A stretch of 51,001 nucleotides of DNA, filler included, from Ginglymostoma cirratum (lineage: Eukaryota): the NCBI GenBank assembly GCA_024137785.1. It is 2 parts of 2 records of this genome, joined end to end, with 100 filler letters (N's around TTAATTAATTAA, not from the genome) between each part and the next. Parts side by side here need not be neighbours in the genome. Positions count along the whole stretch, not along the records: positions 1 to 27,530 come from JAHRHZ010000092.1; 1 more part is not named here. One strand, given 5' to 3'. Below the pieces are notes generated by a model. It had not been told where the DNA came from, did not search any database, and saw only the letters and a list, made by a program, of their open reading frames with translations. Position 1 is the first letter of the stretch; each line of letters begins with the position of its first letter. Shown piece after piece: positions 11,601 to 25,682 of the stretch. A program made the translations under genes and the position numbers.

Positions 11601-11769
11601 TTTGTCCTTCAGCAATCCATGGTCAGAACAGTTCTTCTGATTATCCACCACAGCCCAGTGCTCCTCCTCATCACTGGCGTCTGGTAGTACAATTGTCCGT
11701 CAGCACAGAACCTGTGACAGTGTGGCAGTCTCTCTTTGCTGCCTGGGCCATCCTTTTTTTTTGAAATTG

Positions 11770-13982
11770 CTTGCTCAGTAAGTATTAAAGGGAAAAGGAT
11801 AACTAAAGAGAGAAGAGGACTCCTCGAGGACCAAAGTGGACATGTATGTGTGGAATCACAGGAGATGCGTGAGGTCCTCAATGAATATTTCTCCTATATG
11901 TTTACCGTGGAGAAAGACATGAAGACTTGGGAGCCTGGGGAAGTTAGTGGCGATATCTTGGGAACAGTCCACATCACAGTAGAGGAGGTGTTGGAAGTAA
12001 TAGAATGCGTGAAGGTGGATAAATCTCCTGCTCCTGACCAATATATCCAAGAACCCTGCGGGAGTCTAGGAAATAAATTGCAGGGGCCCTGGCTGATATA
12101 TTATCGTCGTTGTTAGCCACAGGTGAGGTTCCAGAAGACTGGAGGGTAACGAATGTTGTGTCCTTATTCAAGAAGGGCTGCAAGGCAAAACCTGGGAATT
12201 ATAGACCAGTAAGCCTAACATCTGTGATAGGTAAGTTATTTGAGAAGATTCTGAAGACAAAATATAAATGCATTTGGAAAGACAAGGTTTGATTAGGAGT
12301 AGTCAGCATGGCTTTTTGCGTGGGAGATCATGCCTCACAAATTTGTTAGCGTTTTTTGATGAAGTGGTCAGGAAGGTTGATGAGGGCAGGGTGGTAGATG
12401 TAGTCCAAATGGATTTCAGTAAGGCCTTTGATAAGGTTTCACATAGCAGGCTGCTCTAGAAGATTAGATCACATGGAATCCAGAGAGAGCTGACAAATTG
12501 GATACATAATTGGCTTGATAGTAGGAAGCAGAGAGTAATAGTGGGAGGATGCTTGTCAGACTGGAGGCCTGTGTCTAGTGTGCCTCGAGTTTTGGTGCTG
12601 GGCCCATTGTTGTTTGTTATTTATATCAATGATTTGGATGAGAATGTAGGAGGCATGACCAGTAAGTTTGTGGATGACACTAAAATAGACAGTATTGTGG
12701 ACAGTGAGGAAGGTTATCAGAAATTGCAACAGGATCTTGATCAGCTGGGGAAGTGGGTGGAGAAATAGGAAATGGAGTTTAATATAGATAAGTATGAGGT
12801 GGTCCATTTTGGAAAGTCAAATTGAGGTAGCAGCTTCATGATGAATGGTAGAGCCTTAAGGAAAACTGTGGAACATAGGGACCTTGGAGATCGGGTGCAC
12901 AGTCTCTGAAAGTGGAGTCACAGATAGACAGGGCAGTGAAGAAGGCTTTTGGTACACTGGCCTTCGTCAGTCAGGGCATTGAACATAAAGTTGGGAACTA
13001 AACCAAAGTGTTTCCGGTTTGGTGACCCTTCCTCAGAACCCGTTTGGCACTGTCCACGATACTACTTATTTTAGTGTCATCCACAAACTTACTAATCATG
13101 CCTTCTATATTCTCATCTAAATCATTGATATAGATAACAAACAACAATGGGCCCAGCACCAAACCCTGAGGCACGCCACTAGACACAGGCCTTCAACTCT
13201 GACAAGCATCCTTCCACTATTACTCTCTTCTTCCTGTGATCAAGCCAAACCGGTTCTGAGGAAGGGTCACTGGACCCAAAACGTTAACTCTTTTTTTCTT
13301 CACAGATGCTGCCAGTCCTGCTGAGTTCTTCCAGCAACTTTGTTTTTGTTCCTGATTTACAGCATCCGCAGTTCTTTTGGTTTTTATAGAAGTTGTGAGG
13401 TTATGTTGCAGTTGTATAGGATGTTGGTGAGGTCATACTTGGTGTATTGTGCTCAGTTTTGGTCATCTTGCTATAGGAAGGTTGTTATTAAACTGGAAAG
13501 AGTGCAGATGAAAAATTTACAAGGATGTTGCCAGTACTCAAGGGATTGGGTTACAGGGAGAGGTTGGAAAAGTTTGGACTTTTCTTCTTTGGAGCACAGG
13601 AGACTGAGGGGAGATATTATAGAAGTGTATAAGATCATGAGGGGCATGAATAGGGCAATTGCATTCAGTCATTTTCCCAGGGTTTGGGAATCGAGGACTA
13701 AACAGCATCCGTTTAAGAGGGGAAGCAATACACGGGAACCGGAGGGGCAATTTTTTTACGCAGAGGGTGGTACACATATAGGATGAGCTGCCAGTGGAAG
13801 TGGTTGAGGTATGGACATTGACAACATTCAAAGGCATTTAGGCGAATACATAGAAGGGAAAGGAGTAGAGGGATATGGGCCAGGTGCAGCGAAATGGAAT
13901 TAGAGTGGATGGATATTTTAGTTGAATTGGACCAGTTGGGCCAAAAGACCTGTGTCCACGCTGTAGGACTGTATGACTCCAA
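11770..13982 (+). mobile_element. Degenerate CR1-type LINE ORF2 (RT), interrupted at about 13000-13385
   Basis: [69 protein letters not shown]; frameshifts and stops. Confidence 0.93.
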
Positions 13983-15039
13983 CTATACAATAGACACAAA
14001 TCTCCTCCAGTGTCGAAATAAGGCTATCTGTCTCCTGAGCAACATTTGCCTATCATGTGTGTAACAGCAACAATTTTGCATCAATTTATGCCCTGTGAAT
14101 TAGCAACGTAACTTTTAAGGCACAGATATTACAATGCAGGTTATAATTCATTCTGCCTAGCAACAACAGCAGAGATTGTCACTCAAATCAGTTCAAAAAC
14201 TCAGTCAAAAACTCATCCGTCATGGAAAAGTCAGAGAAGATAGCAAATGGCTGAACATGCTGCTCTGTTTTCTACGAATTTCGGGTTAATAGAAGATCTA
14301 GAACCCTTTAGTATTCAGTGAAGCTGGGAGTAGGTCGCAGGAAGGCAAGCATTTGCTTGGTACAGCTGTAAAAAAATAATCGGGGCTGAATGAAAATCAG
14401 GGACTAAAAGAAGTTGAATCCACGTTGCTAAACGGCTGCTGTCAGCTGGTTCCATGCAGCTGGGGGTAGGTTTCTCTTAGACAGTTGGAGAATTGGAATT
14501 GTGCCACTGATTGGAGTGGCTGGAGTTCAGTACTTGAATCTCAATGAGATACAGCCTGGTTGAGGAGCAGTAATTGCGCCTGTGTTAAGAAGCTAGAGTA
14601 TTGCTTGGCCATTACACTGAGGCACAATCTAAGAAGCAGAACAAATACGCTGGAAAAGAAGACCACAGGGTTAAAAGTGGGAACAAATCTGAGGGAAGTT
14701 CGGACTCCTGTGCGTTTGGCTGAGGACTGTAACCCTGAAATTCTGGCAGGAGTTTTAAGCTGGGGAGCAATCTAGTTCTGTGAAGGAAAAAGAATAAATT
14801 TCCTTGTGAAAGAAGCAAACGTTTCATGAGATTTGGTGGCCGGCAGTGTCACTAACATCTGGGTGGGTTGCCAAGAAATTGATAGGATCTGTTTTGACGC
14901 TTGGAGACAGTAAGGACTACAGATGATAGAAGCCAGAGTCAATAAATGTAGAACTGGAAAATCACAGAAGGTCAGACAGCATCCGAGGAGCAGGAAGGTC
15001 AACGTTTCGGGTTTTCACTAATTGAATCTATTTTGACAT

Positions 15040-15300
15040 TTGTTCGCAAATGGAATCTTTTAATAGAAACCTGAAATGGCAAACTTTGTCAATTTTAAGC
15101 AAAAAATGTACTGGTCCCGGATCAGGTCGTAACAGAAATTTGGTGGTCTCATCTAGGATCGCAGCAAGTTTTACTTCAGAAAACCATAATGAAGGAGTTG
15201 CAATGGAGGCGGAGTTCTTTGTTTTTACTTGCCCAGTCAACTTGGTTTTAGCCAATTAACGAGTTAGATGCAACAGCGAAAGCTGAGCGATAGGTGTCAG
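15040..15300 (-). pseudogene. Possible V relic
   Basis: KFLLRPDPGPVHFLLKIDKV resembles V strands D-E; no YYC or RSS; abuts a repeat at about 14920-15015. Confidence 0.25.
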
Positions 15301-15815
15301 CAATGCGTCAGTAATGCCTGTGAGGTATCCTTTCTCTTTCTAGACCTCAGGTCTGTACTTGCCTCCCGAAAATTCTTGGCCTCTGCGCTCCTCTAACACG
15401 GTGTCCAGAACTATTTCAATTTCTTACTTAATTTCTCCTTCTGAAACTCAGTGTGAGTGTTAATTGACAAAATGTCCAAGGGATAGTATTAGGCTGAGGG
15501 GTCATAGATCCAAAACAGAGATGAGGAGGAATTACTTATCTCTATGGAATTCGCGACTGGAGAGCGCGGTGGACACCGTGACACTGAATAAATTTAAGGG
15601 AGAGTTAGACATATTTTTTGTTAGCAGTGGTTTAAAGGACAACAGGCAGGAAAGTGGAGTTAAGGCCGAGGTGAGATCAATCTTGAATCATATTGATGCA
15701 GGCTTGAGTGGCTGAATTGTGTACTCCTGCACCTCGTCCTTATATCCTTATGTGTTGACGATTGACAAGTTGCTGTTCCATTACAAGTGTGGGTTTGGGA
15801 GTGGGAGGTGTGATA

Positions 15816-15854
15816 GGTTTATGAACGTAAAATTCACTTGCTTGCACCTCTGTG
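15816..15854 (-). promoter_or_regulatory. 23-RSS of TRBV
   Basis: Minus strand: CACAGAG, 23 nt, TCATAAACC. Confidence 0.93.
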
Positions 15855-16161
15855 ACGCTACTGGCAGCACAGTAATATGTCCCTTCATCCTCTGCATTTG
15901 CCCCAGTTATGTTCAAGTTTATGTTTTGCTTATCATTTCTTATCACTTGGTACCGATCGGATACGCCTTTCTCTTTCTCTATTTTGCTTTCATAGATGAA
16001 TGAGCGGAAAAGCATTTGCAGTCCTCCACCTTTCGTTTGTTGGTACCAATACATGTACTCTAACGACTGACTTTGTCGGCAGTTCAAGCTCATGCTTTTT
16101 CCCTGTTCAACAGATGGTTGAGTTGGCGATTGGAAGATCCGGTGCTCCTGAGATATCGCAT
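15855..16161 (-). CDS. TRBV: TCR beta V exon, intact
   Basis: IFQSP..G.SMSLNCRQ..YMYWYQQ..G.GLQ..DRY..LNITGANAEDEGTYYCAASS; acceptor TTACGCAG in phase 1; followed by 23-RSS. Confidence 0.95.
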
Positions 16162-16457
16162 CTGCGTAACAGAATAAAAATAGGAACTGATGTTTTTTAA
16201 AGGTACCGACAACGCTTTTGAAAGCAGGCAATTAACGCTACAGTTGTTAATGTGTCTAAGTTATAGCAAACGCATGCAATAAATAAGGAGGAAGTTCACC
16301 GCCGATATCCAACAATTGTCCTTCCACAATCACCTCTCTAGTGTTAAACGTTTTAAAAACCTTTCCCTGATCAGCTCACCACAGTGCAATTCCTAACATT
16401 TTCCAATTTCTCTGAACATGACCTCAGTAAATTCAGCGGGAGGGCCAAGTAACTTAC

Positions 16458-16503
16458 ATGGCAACAGTAAAATAATAATGCATGAATTTGGACCAAAATG
16501 CAT
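16458..16503 (-). CDS. TRBV: TRBV leader exon (MHFGPNSCIIILLLP)
   Basis: ATG, 46 nt, phase-1 donor T|GTAAGT, splices in frame to the V exon. Confidence 0.88.
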
Positions 16504-17449
16504 TCTATCCCAAGCTCTGTCTCCTGATTTTCTAGTTGTCCTATAGAATATCAACGGGCGATATTGTATTCACAATATGCTAAGCTGGAAGTAGCTTAAG
16601 CAGACCTGTGTATCTGGTCAATTCCTCTGCTGTGTACTTAAGTAATGACTGAAGCTCCGTAAACCCCACCCTCACCACTGAGATTTCCTGCGTTTAAGTC
16701 ACATGATTACAACTAAAGCACCAATCCAGAGTGTCACCCGGTGCAGAACAAAGGAAGTTCTGCGGGACTTGAAATGACAAGTACTGAGAAAATGCTACGT
16801 TGTCAGAATGGGCAGCAGGGAGGTACTGTGCACGTTAGAAGGACTCATACATACAGAGTATGCTGCGGTGTCGGAGGAACAATGCTGCACGATCAGAAGA
16901 TCAATACAAAGGGGACATTGGATTTATCGGAGGTTCGGTACTAAGGGAGACACGAAAGTTCATTTCTTTGCACTCTCAGGCTGACGTTAATATCCCAAGG
17001 GCTACAGTTGGAAGAAAAGCAGCGAATTCGCTTGGAATGCTGGGGAGACAGTTTATTCCTGAAACGACTTCACTGAAATCAGTGGTATGATCGTTGTTCC
17101 GTCATTGTTTGTCGAGGCTTTGTTGGACGGAAATTGATTGCCGCGTTCCCACATGACAACTGTCCTACTCAAATGACTCCTTGTCTTTGAAGTTTCGTTG
17201 ACTTGCAAAGATAGTCAAAGACGATAGGAAGTGCTCCAAGTTTAATACAATTGTACCTTAAGAATGGTGAAAGTCCGAAATAATTCCTCTTATTTTCTTA
17301 TAGAAGTCGACAGGAGATGAGATATTTCTCTTGCTCTTGGCACTAAGTAGAATTATACAGATGCTGCGGAATAGTATTTTGATAGCAGAAAGTGACTGTT
17401 GGTGTCGGCCATCTGGCACCTGTCAAGGAAATGCCGTGCAGCATCAAAA

Positions 17450-18700
17450 TTAAGATTAATTATTTTCCACTAATTGCACATAGAGAATTGGGACAAGGAG
17501 GGAATTTTCAGGATGGAAACCTGCAACTGGTGGAGTGCCACAGGGACCAATGGTAGCGCCAAAATATATGAATAATATAAAAACCAAAAGAGCTGTGGAT
17601 GCTGTAAATCAGGAATAAAAACAAAGTCAGAACTGAGGAAGGGTCACCGGACCCGAAACGTTAACTCTGTTTTCTCCTTCGCAGATGCTGTCAGACCTGC
17701 TGAGCTTCTCCAGCAACTTTGTTTTTGTATATAAATAATATATATCATTTTCAATGCATGCTAACGACTCAAGCGAGAAGAGTGAATGCACTAGCGTCAA
17801 ATTTGCAGATAGCACAAAAATCAATCGGCAGTCAAGTAGTGCGAATGACAGATTCTGCAGAGAGATACAGATAGGTTAAGCAAGTGACCAAAAAATTTGG
17901 CAGGTGGAGTATCGTGTGAGAAAATGTGAAGTAATGCACTTTGGCATGAAAATAGAGAAGCTGAATATTAATTAAATGGAGAATGATTGATGATAGCTAC
18001 AGAACAGAAGCAGTTATGGGTCCTCATTCATGAGATGCAAAAAGCTAGCACTCAAAGTCAGCAGGTAATAGAGCAGGCAAATGGAATGCTGGCCTTTATT
18101 TCAATGGGAATGTGGTATAAAATTATAGAGATTTTCTAAAACTATACAAGGCACTAATCAGACCACAGCTGGAACACTGTGAACCGTTTTTGACCTTTAT
18201 CTAAGGAAAGATATACAGGACCTGGAGGAGGTCCACTCGGCTGATACCAGACATGGAGGGATTGTGAGTAGAGATTTATAGATTAGGCCTAAACTTGTTG
18301 GAATTTAGAAGAATGAGAGGCAATCTTATTGAAACCATGCAAAACTATCTGGAATTGGATTGATAGGATAGAAGAGGAAAGATTATTTGACCCTGTGGGA
18401 ACAATCTCAGAATATGGGGTTGCACATTTAAGGCAGAGATGAGGAGAACTGTTTTGCCTCAGAGAAAAGCGAATCTGTTGAATCTCAACAGTCATTGGAT
18501 TGATGAGGCTGGGCCATTAAATATATTCAATACTGTGATAGGCAGGATTTTAATTAACAAAGGAATCAAGGACTGTGGAGAAAATGCAGGAAAGAGGAGT
18601 TGAAAATTACCAGATCAGCCATGGCCTCACTGAATGGCGGAGCAGACTCAATGGGCTGAATGGCCCACTTATGCTCCTAACTTTAGGGTCTTTAAGGTCT
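17450..18700 (+). mobile_element. Old CR1-type LINE fragment with a short element inserted at about 17580-17728
   Basis: GGAGTGCCACAGGG, AAATTTGCAGAT..ACAAAA, CTATACAAGGCACTA..AGACCACA and CR1-like 3' end. Confidence 0.8.
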
Positions 18701-20039
18701 ATGTTTGGCGGCAACAGACCATCCATCTGCTATGACAGAATCCATCTACAAAATATCACACGCAATTTATTTTAAATGAGGCCTTGGATATGACTCTTTT
18801 CCTGTACAAGGAAAGGTAGAACAAAATAGGAGACAGAAAACCTTTTGCATTTCTATTCTGGCAATGGTGCTCAGATTAATAAATTTGAACATGCCTCGTC
18901 TTAACAATATACTGTACTAGGGAAAATGTGAATACAGATGATATCAAAGTTGCAGTTGAATGATTCCTTTCAGAATGTGCTACTTTGTATTAGAGCATGC
19001 TTAATAGCCTTGTGATTGTTGGTGCACTTTCCCTTTGATGCATGAGCTGCGGAAAAATCGGTGAGCTTTGTTTGCTTTTGATGTTTGAATGCATACTGAC
19101 ATTAAAAACAGATACAATCTGAACATCCCATTGTGGGTTGCTTGAGATGGTAGCAGTAAGTGGCTTTCTTCAATACAATGTCTGTCACCACTACTCTACT
19201 TTTTCACCTCTGAGCTATACCTCTTTCGTCAACCCATTCTCATACTTATATACTCTCATGCACTTAAGTTTAAAATTCTAGCTTCAGCCTCAAATTTCTC
19301 AACCTCAAACTGAATGTGACATTCTATCATACTATAATCATTCAGTCTTGATGATTTTTGTTGACGTAAGATCATGAATAAATCCTGTCTTATTTCCATA
19401 TCTGGCATAGTTTCGACCCAGGTTGGTTCCAGAACATATTGCTCTAACAATCTGTCCCAAATACATGCCATGAATCCTTCCTACTTTGGGCAGTTCGATT
19501 TGTCCAAGCTATGAAGATTAAAACCTCCCACTGCTGTTGCAGTACCTTCCTTGTAAGTCCCAATTATCTATTGATTTTTATTGCATCGTCCATTATAGCT
19601 CAAATCAAAGGATCGAAACAACACTGTCACTAGCAATGTTTTCCTTATTCCTTATCTCAAACCAAACATTTTCTACACTTTAATATGTTGAACAAACAAG
19701 ATTTCCTACTGCAGTACTCACTTCATTCTTTATTGGATAATCATCTGACCATCCTACCTACTATTTTTTAAATACTTCCAACTGTCAAAACCCAGGCATA
19801 CGCACTTGCCTGATTATTTCTCTTTTTTTCACCTTGCAACCATTTCTCTTTATTGGATATCATATCATTGCTGTAACCATCGTGATAAGAATTGTGAATG
19901 TAATTTAAGAAAATCACGTTTAATTATCACCTTTGCTTACTATTTTCATCTACTTAAACCTGATTTTAATGTATATTTCAATGCAATCCGCATTTCTTTC
20001 ACGTCCTAGTTATCAATAACTGCGTTGCTATCCTGTTCT

Positions 20040-21500
20040 TATTCATTCATAAATGTGGACATCATTACCTAGGCCTGCGTTTATTTCCCATCCCTTGATG
20101 CCTCTGAAGATGGTAAACTGTCTTTTTGAATGATTAAAGTCTGTTTGCTGTAGGTAAATGCAAAATGCCGTTGGAGGAATGGGGTGGCATTTTAAAGATT
20201 TTGACCCAGGGGCACTGAACGAGCGGTGATTTATTTTCAAATCATGATGGTGAGTGATTTAGAGTGCAACTTGCAGGTGATGGTGTTCCCATATCTCTCC
20301 TGTCCTTCTTCCAGTTGGTAACAGTCATAGATTTGGAAGTTGCTGTTTATGGCACTTTGATGAATCTTTATATTGCACCTTTTAATTGGCACACACTGCT
20401 GCTGCTGGATGTCAATAGTGAAGGGTTTTTTTTGTGATAACAAGGTGTGGAGCTGGATGAACGCAGCATGCCAAGCAGCATCATAGGAGCAGAAAAGCTT
20501 GACGTTTCGGGCCTAGATGTTTTTGGTGCCAATCAAGTGAACCACTTTGTATACCAAACTTCCTTTATTCTTTATTCATTAATGGGATGAGGGCGTTTTG
20601 CAGGTTCATCCATCCAGACAAATGGGGAGTATTCCATTATACTCCTGACTCGTGCCTTATAGTTGGTGGACCGGATTTACAGAGTCAGGAGGTGAATTAC
20701 TTGCTGTAGGATTCCTAGCCTTCAACATTCTCTTGTAGTCACATACTCGTGTTTCTAGTCCAGTTCAGTTTCTGGCCCTTGGTAAACCCGAGGATGTTGA
20801 TAGTGGGGGCTTCAGTGATAGTAATGTCATTGAATATCAAGGGGTGATGATTAGATTCTCTCTTTTTGGAGATAAACATTGCCTCACACTCGTGAGATGC
20901 CAATGTTACTTGCCACTCATCAAACCTAAGCAAGGCCTTTCTCCATGTGGTTTTGAATCTGAGGAGTCGGGAATGGCGCTGAACTTTGTGCAATCATCAA
21001 CGAATAACCTCACTTCTGACTTTATGATGGAAGCAGCAGAAGAAGGTTGGGTGTAGGGTATTACTCTGTGGAACTCCTGCAGAGATGTCCAGGAGCTGAG
21101 ATTTCTGACCTCCAACAACCACAATCATATTCCTGTGTGCAAGGTATGACTCCAACCAATGGAAAGTTTTCGACCTAATTCCCAATGACTAGACCTTTGC
21201 AAGGTCTCTGTGATGCCACTGTTGGACAATTGCAGTCTTGATGTCAGAGATAATAGGAACTGCAGATGCTGGAGAATCTGAGATAACAAGGTGTGGAGCT
21301 GGATGAACACAGCAGGCCAAGCAGCATCATAGGAGCAGGAAAGCATTTCTGATGAAGGGTCTAGGCCTGAAACATCAAGCTTTCCTGCTCCTATGATGCT
21401 GCTTGGCCTGCTGTGTTCATCCAGCTCTACACCTTGTTATCTGCAGCCTTGATGTCTTGAGGCAGTCACTGTCACTTCCCCTGTGGAATTCTGAGCTTTT
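20040..21500 (-). mobile_element. Degenerate non-LTR LINE (CR1/L2 clade) RT
   Basis: MGIRSKTFHWLESYL..VVVGGQ.S..ISAGVPQ and RLFVDD fragments. Confidence 0.8.
21246..21441. mobile_element. Penelope-derived palindromic insertion with 15-bp target-site duplication
   Basis: Inverted arms matching Penelope terminal repeats; TGCAGTCTTGATGTC 21231-21245 and TGCAGCCTTGATGTC 21442-21456. Confidence 0.85.
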
Positions 21501-22197
21501 GTTAATGCACTATTTCGTTGCTCCTCCTTCTTAATCTTCATTCATGTGAGCACCTTTCTCTACCACATACACCCACCCCCACCCTCTTATTTTGTTTCCA
21601 ATCCTCTTTACAGCCCTTGTTATTCAATTCACTGGGACACTGATTGTGTCTGTTTAAGACCAAGGTTGCTCAAACTACAACTTTCTCTTTTACTTTGGCA
21701 TTCAACATAGTTACAGAATTTGCCACTATCAGCATTCAGTGGATGACATTGACCAGAAACATAACTGGGTCAAAACAAAATACTGTCACTGGCAAAACAG
21801 GTCTGAAGTTAGAAATCCTATGCAAGTAGCTGGCATCCTGATTTCACAACAGCTGCATACCATTTAAAGGCACTGTATAGGCATGCGATAGGATGTTCTC
21901 GACCCTCCTTGAGAGTTTAGTTCCAGTAACAGTTAAAAACCTGACACCATTAAAGACCAAGAAACCAGCTTTGTTGGCATCCCAAGCACCATCTTCAACA
22001 TTTACTCCTCCCAACACTGATGCACATTGGCTGCAGATATCGATAAGATGCACTTTAGGAACTCACTAAGTCTCCTTGTGCAGCATCTTCCAAGCCGTCA
22101 ATCTCAACAAACTCCAATAGACCATGGACAACAATTTAATGGAAATGCAAACCTGAAAGGTCCTGTCCAAGCTACTCACCATTCTTACTTGGAACTA

Positions 22198-22652
22198 TAC
22201 CAGGATGTTGCCTGGTCTGGAGCGAAGGTCTTATGAGGAAAGACTGAGGGACTTGGGTCTGTTCTCATTGGAGAGAAGAAAGCTAAGAGGGGATTTAATA
22301 GAGACCTACAAAATGATCAGAGGATTAGATAGGGTGGACAGTGAGAGTCTTTTTCCTAGGATGATGACGTCGGCTAGTATGAGGGGGCATAGTTGCAAAT
22401 TGAGGGGTGACAGATTTAAGACAGATGTCAGAGGCAGGTTCTTTACTCAGAGAGTGGTAAGGGCGTGGAAAGCCCTGCCTGCCAATGTAGTTAACTCAGC
22501 CACATTAGGGGCATTTAAACAGTCCTTGGATAAGCATATGGATGATGATGGGATAGTGTAGGGGGATGGGCTTAGATTAGTTCACAGGTCTGCGCAACAT
22601 CGAGGGCCGAAGGGCCTGTTCTGCTCTGTATTGTTCTATGTTCTATGTTCTA
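22198..22652 (+). mobile_element. Young CR1-type LINE 3' fragment nested in an older LINE
   Basis: Open ORF 22205-22561 and (GTTCTAT)3 tail; nearly identical to 36320-36865. Confidence 0.93.
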
Positions 22653-24189
22653 TAATGCCATTCTTTCACTGTAACTAGTTCAAAATGTTGGAAACTCCCT
22701 ACGGTGTCCCTTTGCTACATGGACTATAGAATTTCAAGAAAATGGCTAACCTTTAACTAATCAAGGACAATTAGTTATGGGCAACAAATGTTAGCCTAAC
22801 TAGCGATGCCCTTGAGCAGGACATAAATGAAAGGTTTTGTCAGGAACTGGGACTGACAAATGTGAAAGAGAGAGTTATAGTATTGCTTATTTTTTCTGTG
22901 AGAATTGACAATGGCTTCATGGTTATGATTTTTGAGACAAGATTTCCATTCCATAATTCTTAATTCAATCAAAGTCTCATCAGCTGCTATGGCAGAATTT
23001 GAAGCATAATGCATCAGCATTTTCCAAAGTGTGCCATTCTTTTCCCAAATTATTGTTTCTAAAAGTTATCATACAACTGATGTTAAAAGCTTGTAGTTCA
23101 TGGATTTATCTTTGCACTTTTTGCACAAAGGCTGTAACATTTGCAGTTGTCCCACCCTCAACCATTTCTCTAACTTTAAGGAAGGTTCAAAAATAGTGGC
23201 CAGTGTCTCCGGAATATGCAGGCTCTCTTCTGGACCCAGAAGCATGAGTCGAGACAGCCCATATCAAAACATCTGAAGAAGCATCACTGGACTCAAAAGG
23301 CTAACTCTGTTTTCCTTTCACATATGCTCCTGAGCTGTTGACTTGCTCCAGCAATTTCTGTGTTTGTTTGTTTCAGATTTGCAGTATCCGCCGTACTCTG
23401 TTTTATGTTACCATACCAATCTCTCCTTTCGACTAATTCTAAATCCTCAAAATATCTGAAATACCTCCATTTTCTACTATGACCTGGGCAGTATTTTCTT
23501 CCTAAGTAAAGACTGATGCAAACTATTCATTCAATACTTCTGTCATATTCTCTCTCGCCATGCACAAATTGCATTTTTCCTCTTACCACCCTTTCACTAC
23601 AAAGTTTACATGTGTATAGAAAATGCTTAGATTTCCTTTCATTGCGGTAGCTTATCTAACCTAGTATTCTTTATTCCCTTCTCTTATGTATTTTGTTTTA
23701 CAATTCCATTCTGAACCTTTTAATCCCATGTTCAGTCAAACATCTTGCTCCCATCAGTGTCCCAGGTGATGCTCTGATTCACACTATGGAATGATAAGTT
23801 CAAAATCTTACCTTGTTGATAGGATAGAGAAACCTTGCAGTGGCACAATAAAGCCTCTCATAAGCTGGCATTAAACATCCAACAAACAAGTTCAAGTTAA
23901 CCCCCTTCCATTTTTGATATTTCATTTTTATAATCAGAAATCATCCAATTACACCACATGGCCAGGCATTGAGATCCAGGTCCTAACCTAAAACTGCCTA
24001 AAACAAAAAAAAATTTTGTCTCCTTGTGCCATTGTTATTGTATTATTAATATGCTTAGATTAGTGCCAACTGATTCTCAACTCTTCCACCAATAGGAACA
24101 ATCATTCACTGTCTTCTCCATTCCAACTATATTTGATTTTGTACAGGTCAATCAATGATCATCTCAATCTTCTCTTTTACAAGACCAGC

Positions 24190-24680
24190 ATAGGAACATA
24201 GAAATGGGAGTATGCCATTTAACCCCTCAAGCTGGCTCCACCATTCAATAAGATTATGTCTGATCTGTGGCCCAACTCTGTATGCATGCCTTGGGCCCAT
24301 ATCCATTGATACCCTGGCTTGAGAAAGTCTAACTCCACCATTTGAGGAAGAGAGTTCTAAGCCTCCGCTACTCTTTGCATATGGAAGTATTTTCTGACAT
24401 CTCTCCTGAATGACCTGAGCCTACCTCTTAAACTATGTCCCCTCGTTATAGAATCTTCAACAAGTTTATACTTATCTATCCTGTCTTTCCTTGTTAATAT
24501 CCTGAAAACCTGGATTAGGTCTCCCCCTTAACCTTCTAAATTCTACAGAATACAGGCTTAAATTGTTCAATCTTCCCTCATAACTTAACCCCTGAAGGCT
24601 AGGTATAATCCTTGAAAGCCTGTGTTGAATTCCCTCCATGGCCAAAACATCCTTCCTAAGGCATGACACCCAGATCAGCT
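24190..24680 (-). mobile_element. CR1-type LINE 3' fragment
   Basis: LRKDVLAMEGIQHR..IP.LQGLSYE.RL..L.LYS.E.RRLRG. Confidence 0.8.
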
Positions 24681-25064
24681 CCAGCTTCTGCAATCTATCC
24701 GCACAACTGATGTCTCCTGTCCCCAGAAATATTCTCCATTGTCGTATTGTTTCAGACACAATTTTCAGTGATTAATGCCATCCGCCCCCACACTCTCCCC
24801 ACCCCAAACACATGCACATACCTCTAAGGTGTAGTGCCGTGGCCAGAACTGGGCATGGTATCCAGGCAAGGCTGAAACAGTGCTTTTTAAATATTTGCTA
24901 TAAAGTCCTGGCTTTTGACATTTGTTTGTAACAAAAATGATTCCTTATGTTTTATTAACTATTTCTCAATCTGTCTTGCCAATTGTATGTCATGTGCTCT
25001 GTTTTAAATAATGGAAGAGACATAATCTAACTGCACATATTCTTGTTACGTAACAAAACATGTA

Positions 25065-25595
25065 ACATTATGCGCAGTTTTGGGCCCCATATCTCAGGAA
25101 GGATGTACTGGCCCTGGAGTGGGTTCAGAGGAGTTTCACGAGAATAGTCCCAGGAATGAAAAGTTTAATATATGACTACACTCATTGGAGTTTAAAAGGA
25201 TGAGGGCGATCTAATCGAAACTTACAGAATACTGAATGGCCTGGACAGAGTGGATGTTGGGAAGATGCTTCCATTGGTAGGAGAGACTAGGGTACACCCT
25301 TAGAGTAAAGGGAAGATCTTTTAGAACGGAGATAAGGAGAAACTTCTTCAGCCAGAGAGTAGTGAGTCTATGGAATTCACTGCCACAGAAGGCTGTGCAG
25401 GCCAGGTCATTGAGTACATTTAAGACTGAGATGTATAGATTCTTGATTATCAAGGAGATCAAGGGTTACAGGGAGAAAGCAGGAGAATAGGGTTGAGGAA
25501 CTTATCAGCCATGACTGAATGGCGGAGCAGACTCGATGGGCCAAATGGCCTAATTTATGCTCCTATGTCTTATGGTCTTATGGTCTTATGGTCTT
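25065..25595 (+). mobile_element. CR1-type LINE 3' fragment
   Basis: CAGTTTTGGGCCCC..AACTTCTTCAGCCAGAGAGT.. and (TCTTATGG)n tail. Confidence 0.85.
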
Positions 25596-25682
25596 TTAAC
25601 ATATTATGTAACATCAGTCGACGTTTCACTCTCTATGCACAAATACTACGAATTCCTCTGCTCCCATACACCTTATAGAACT

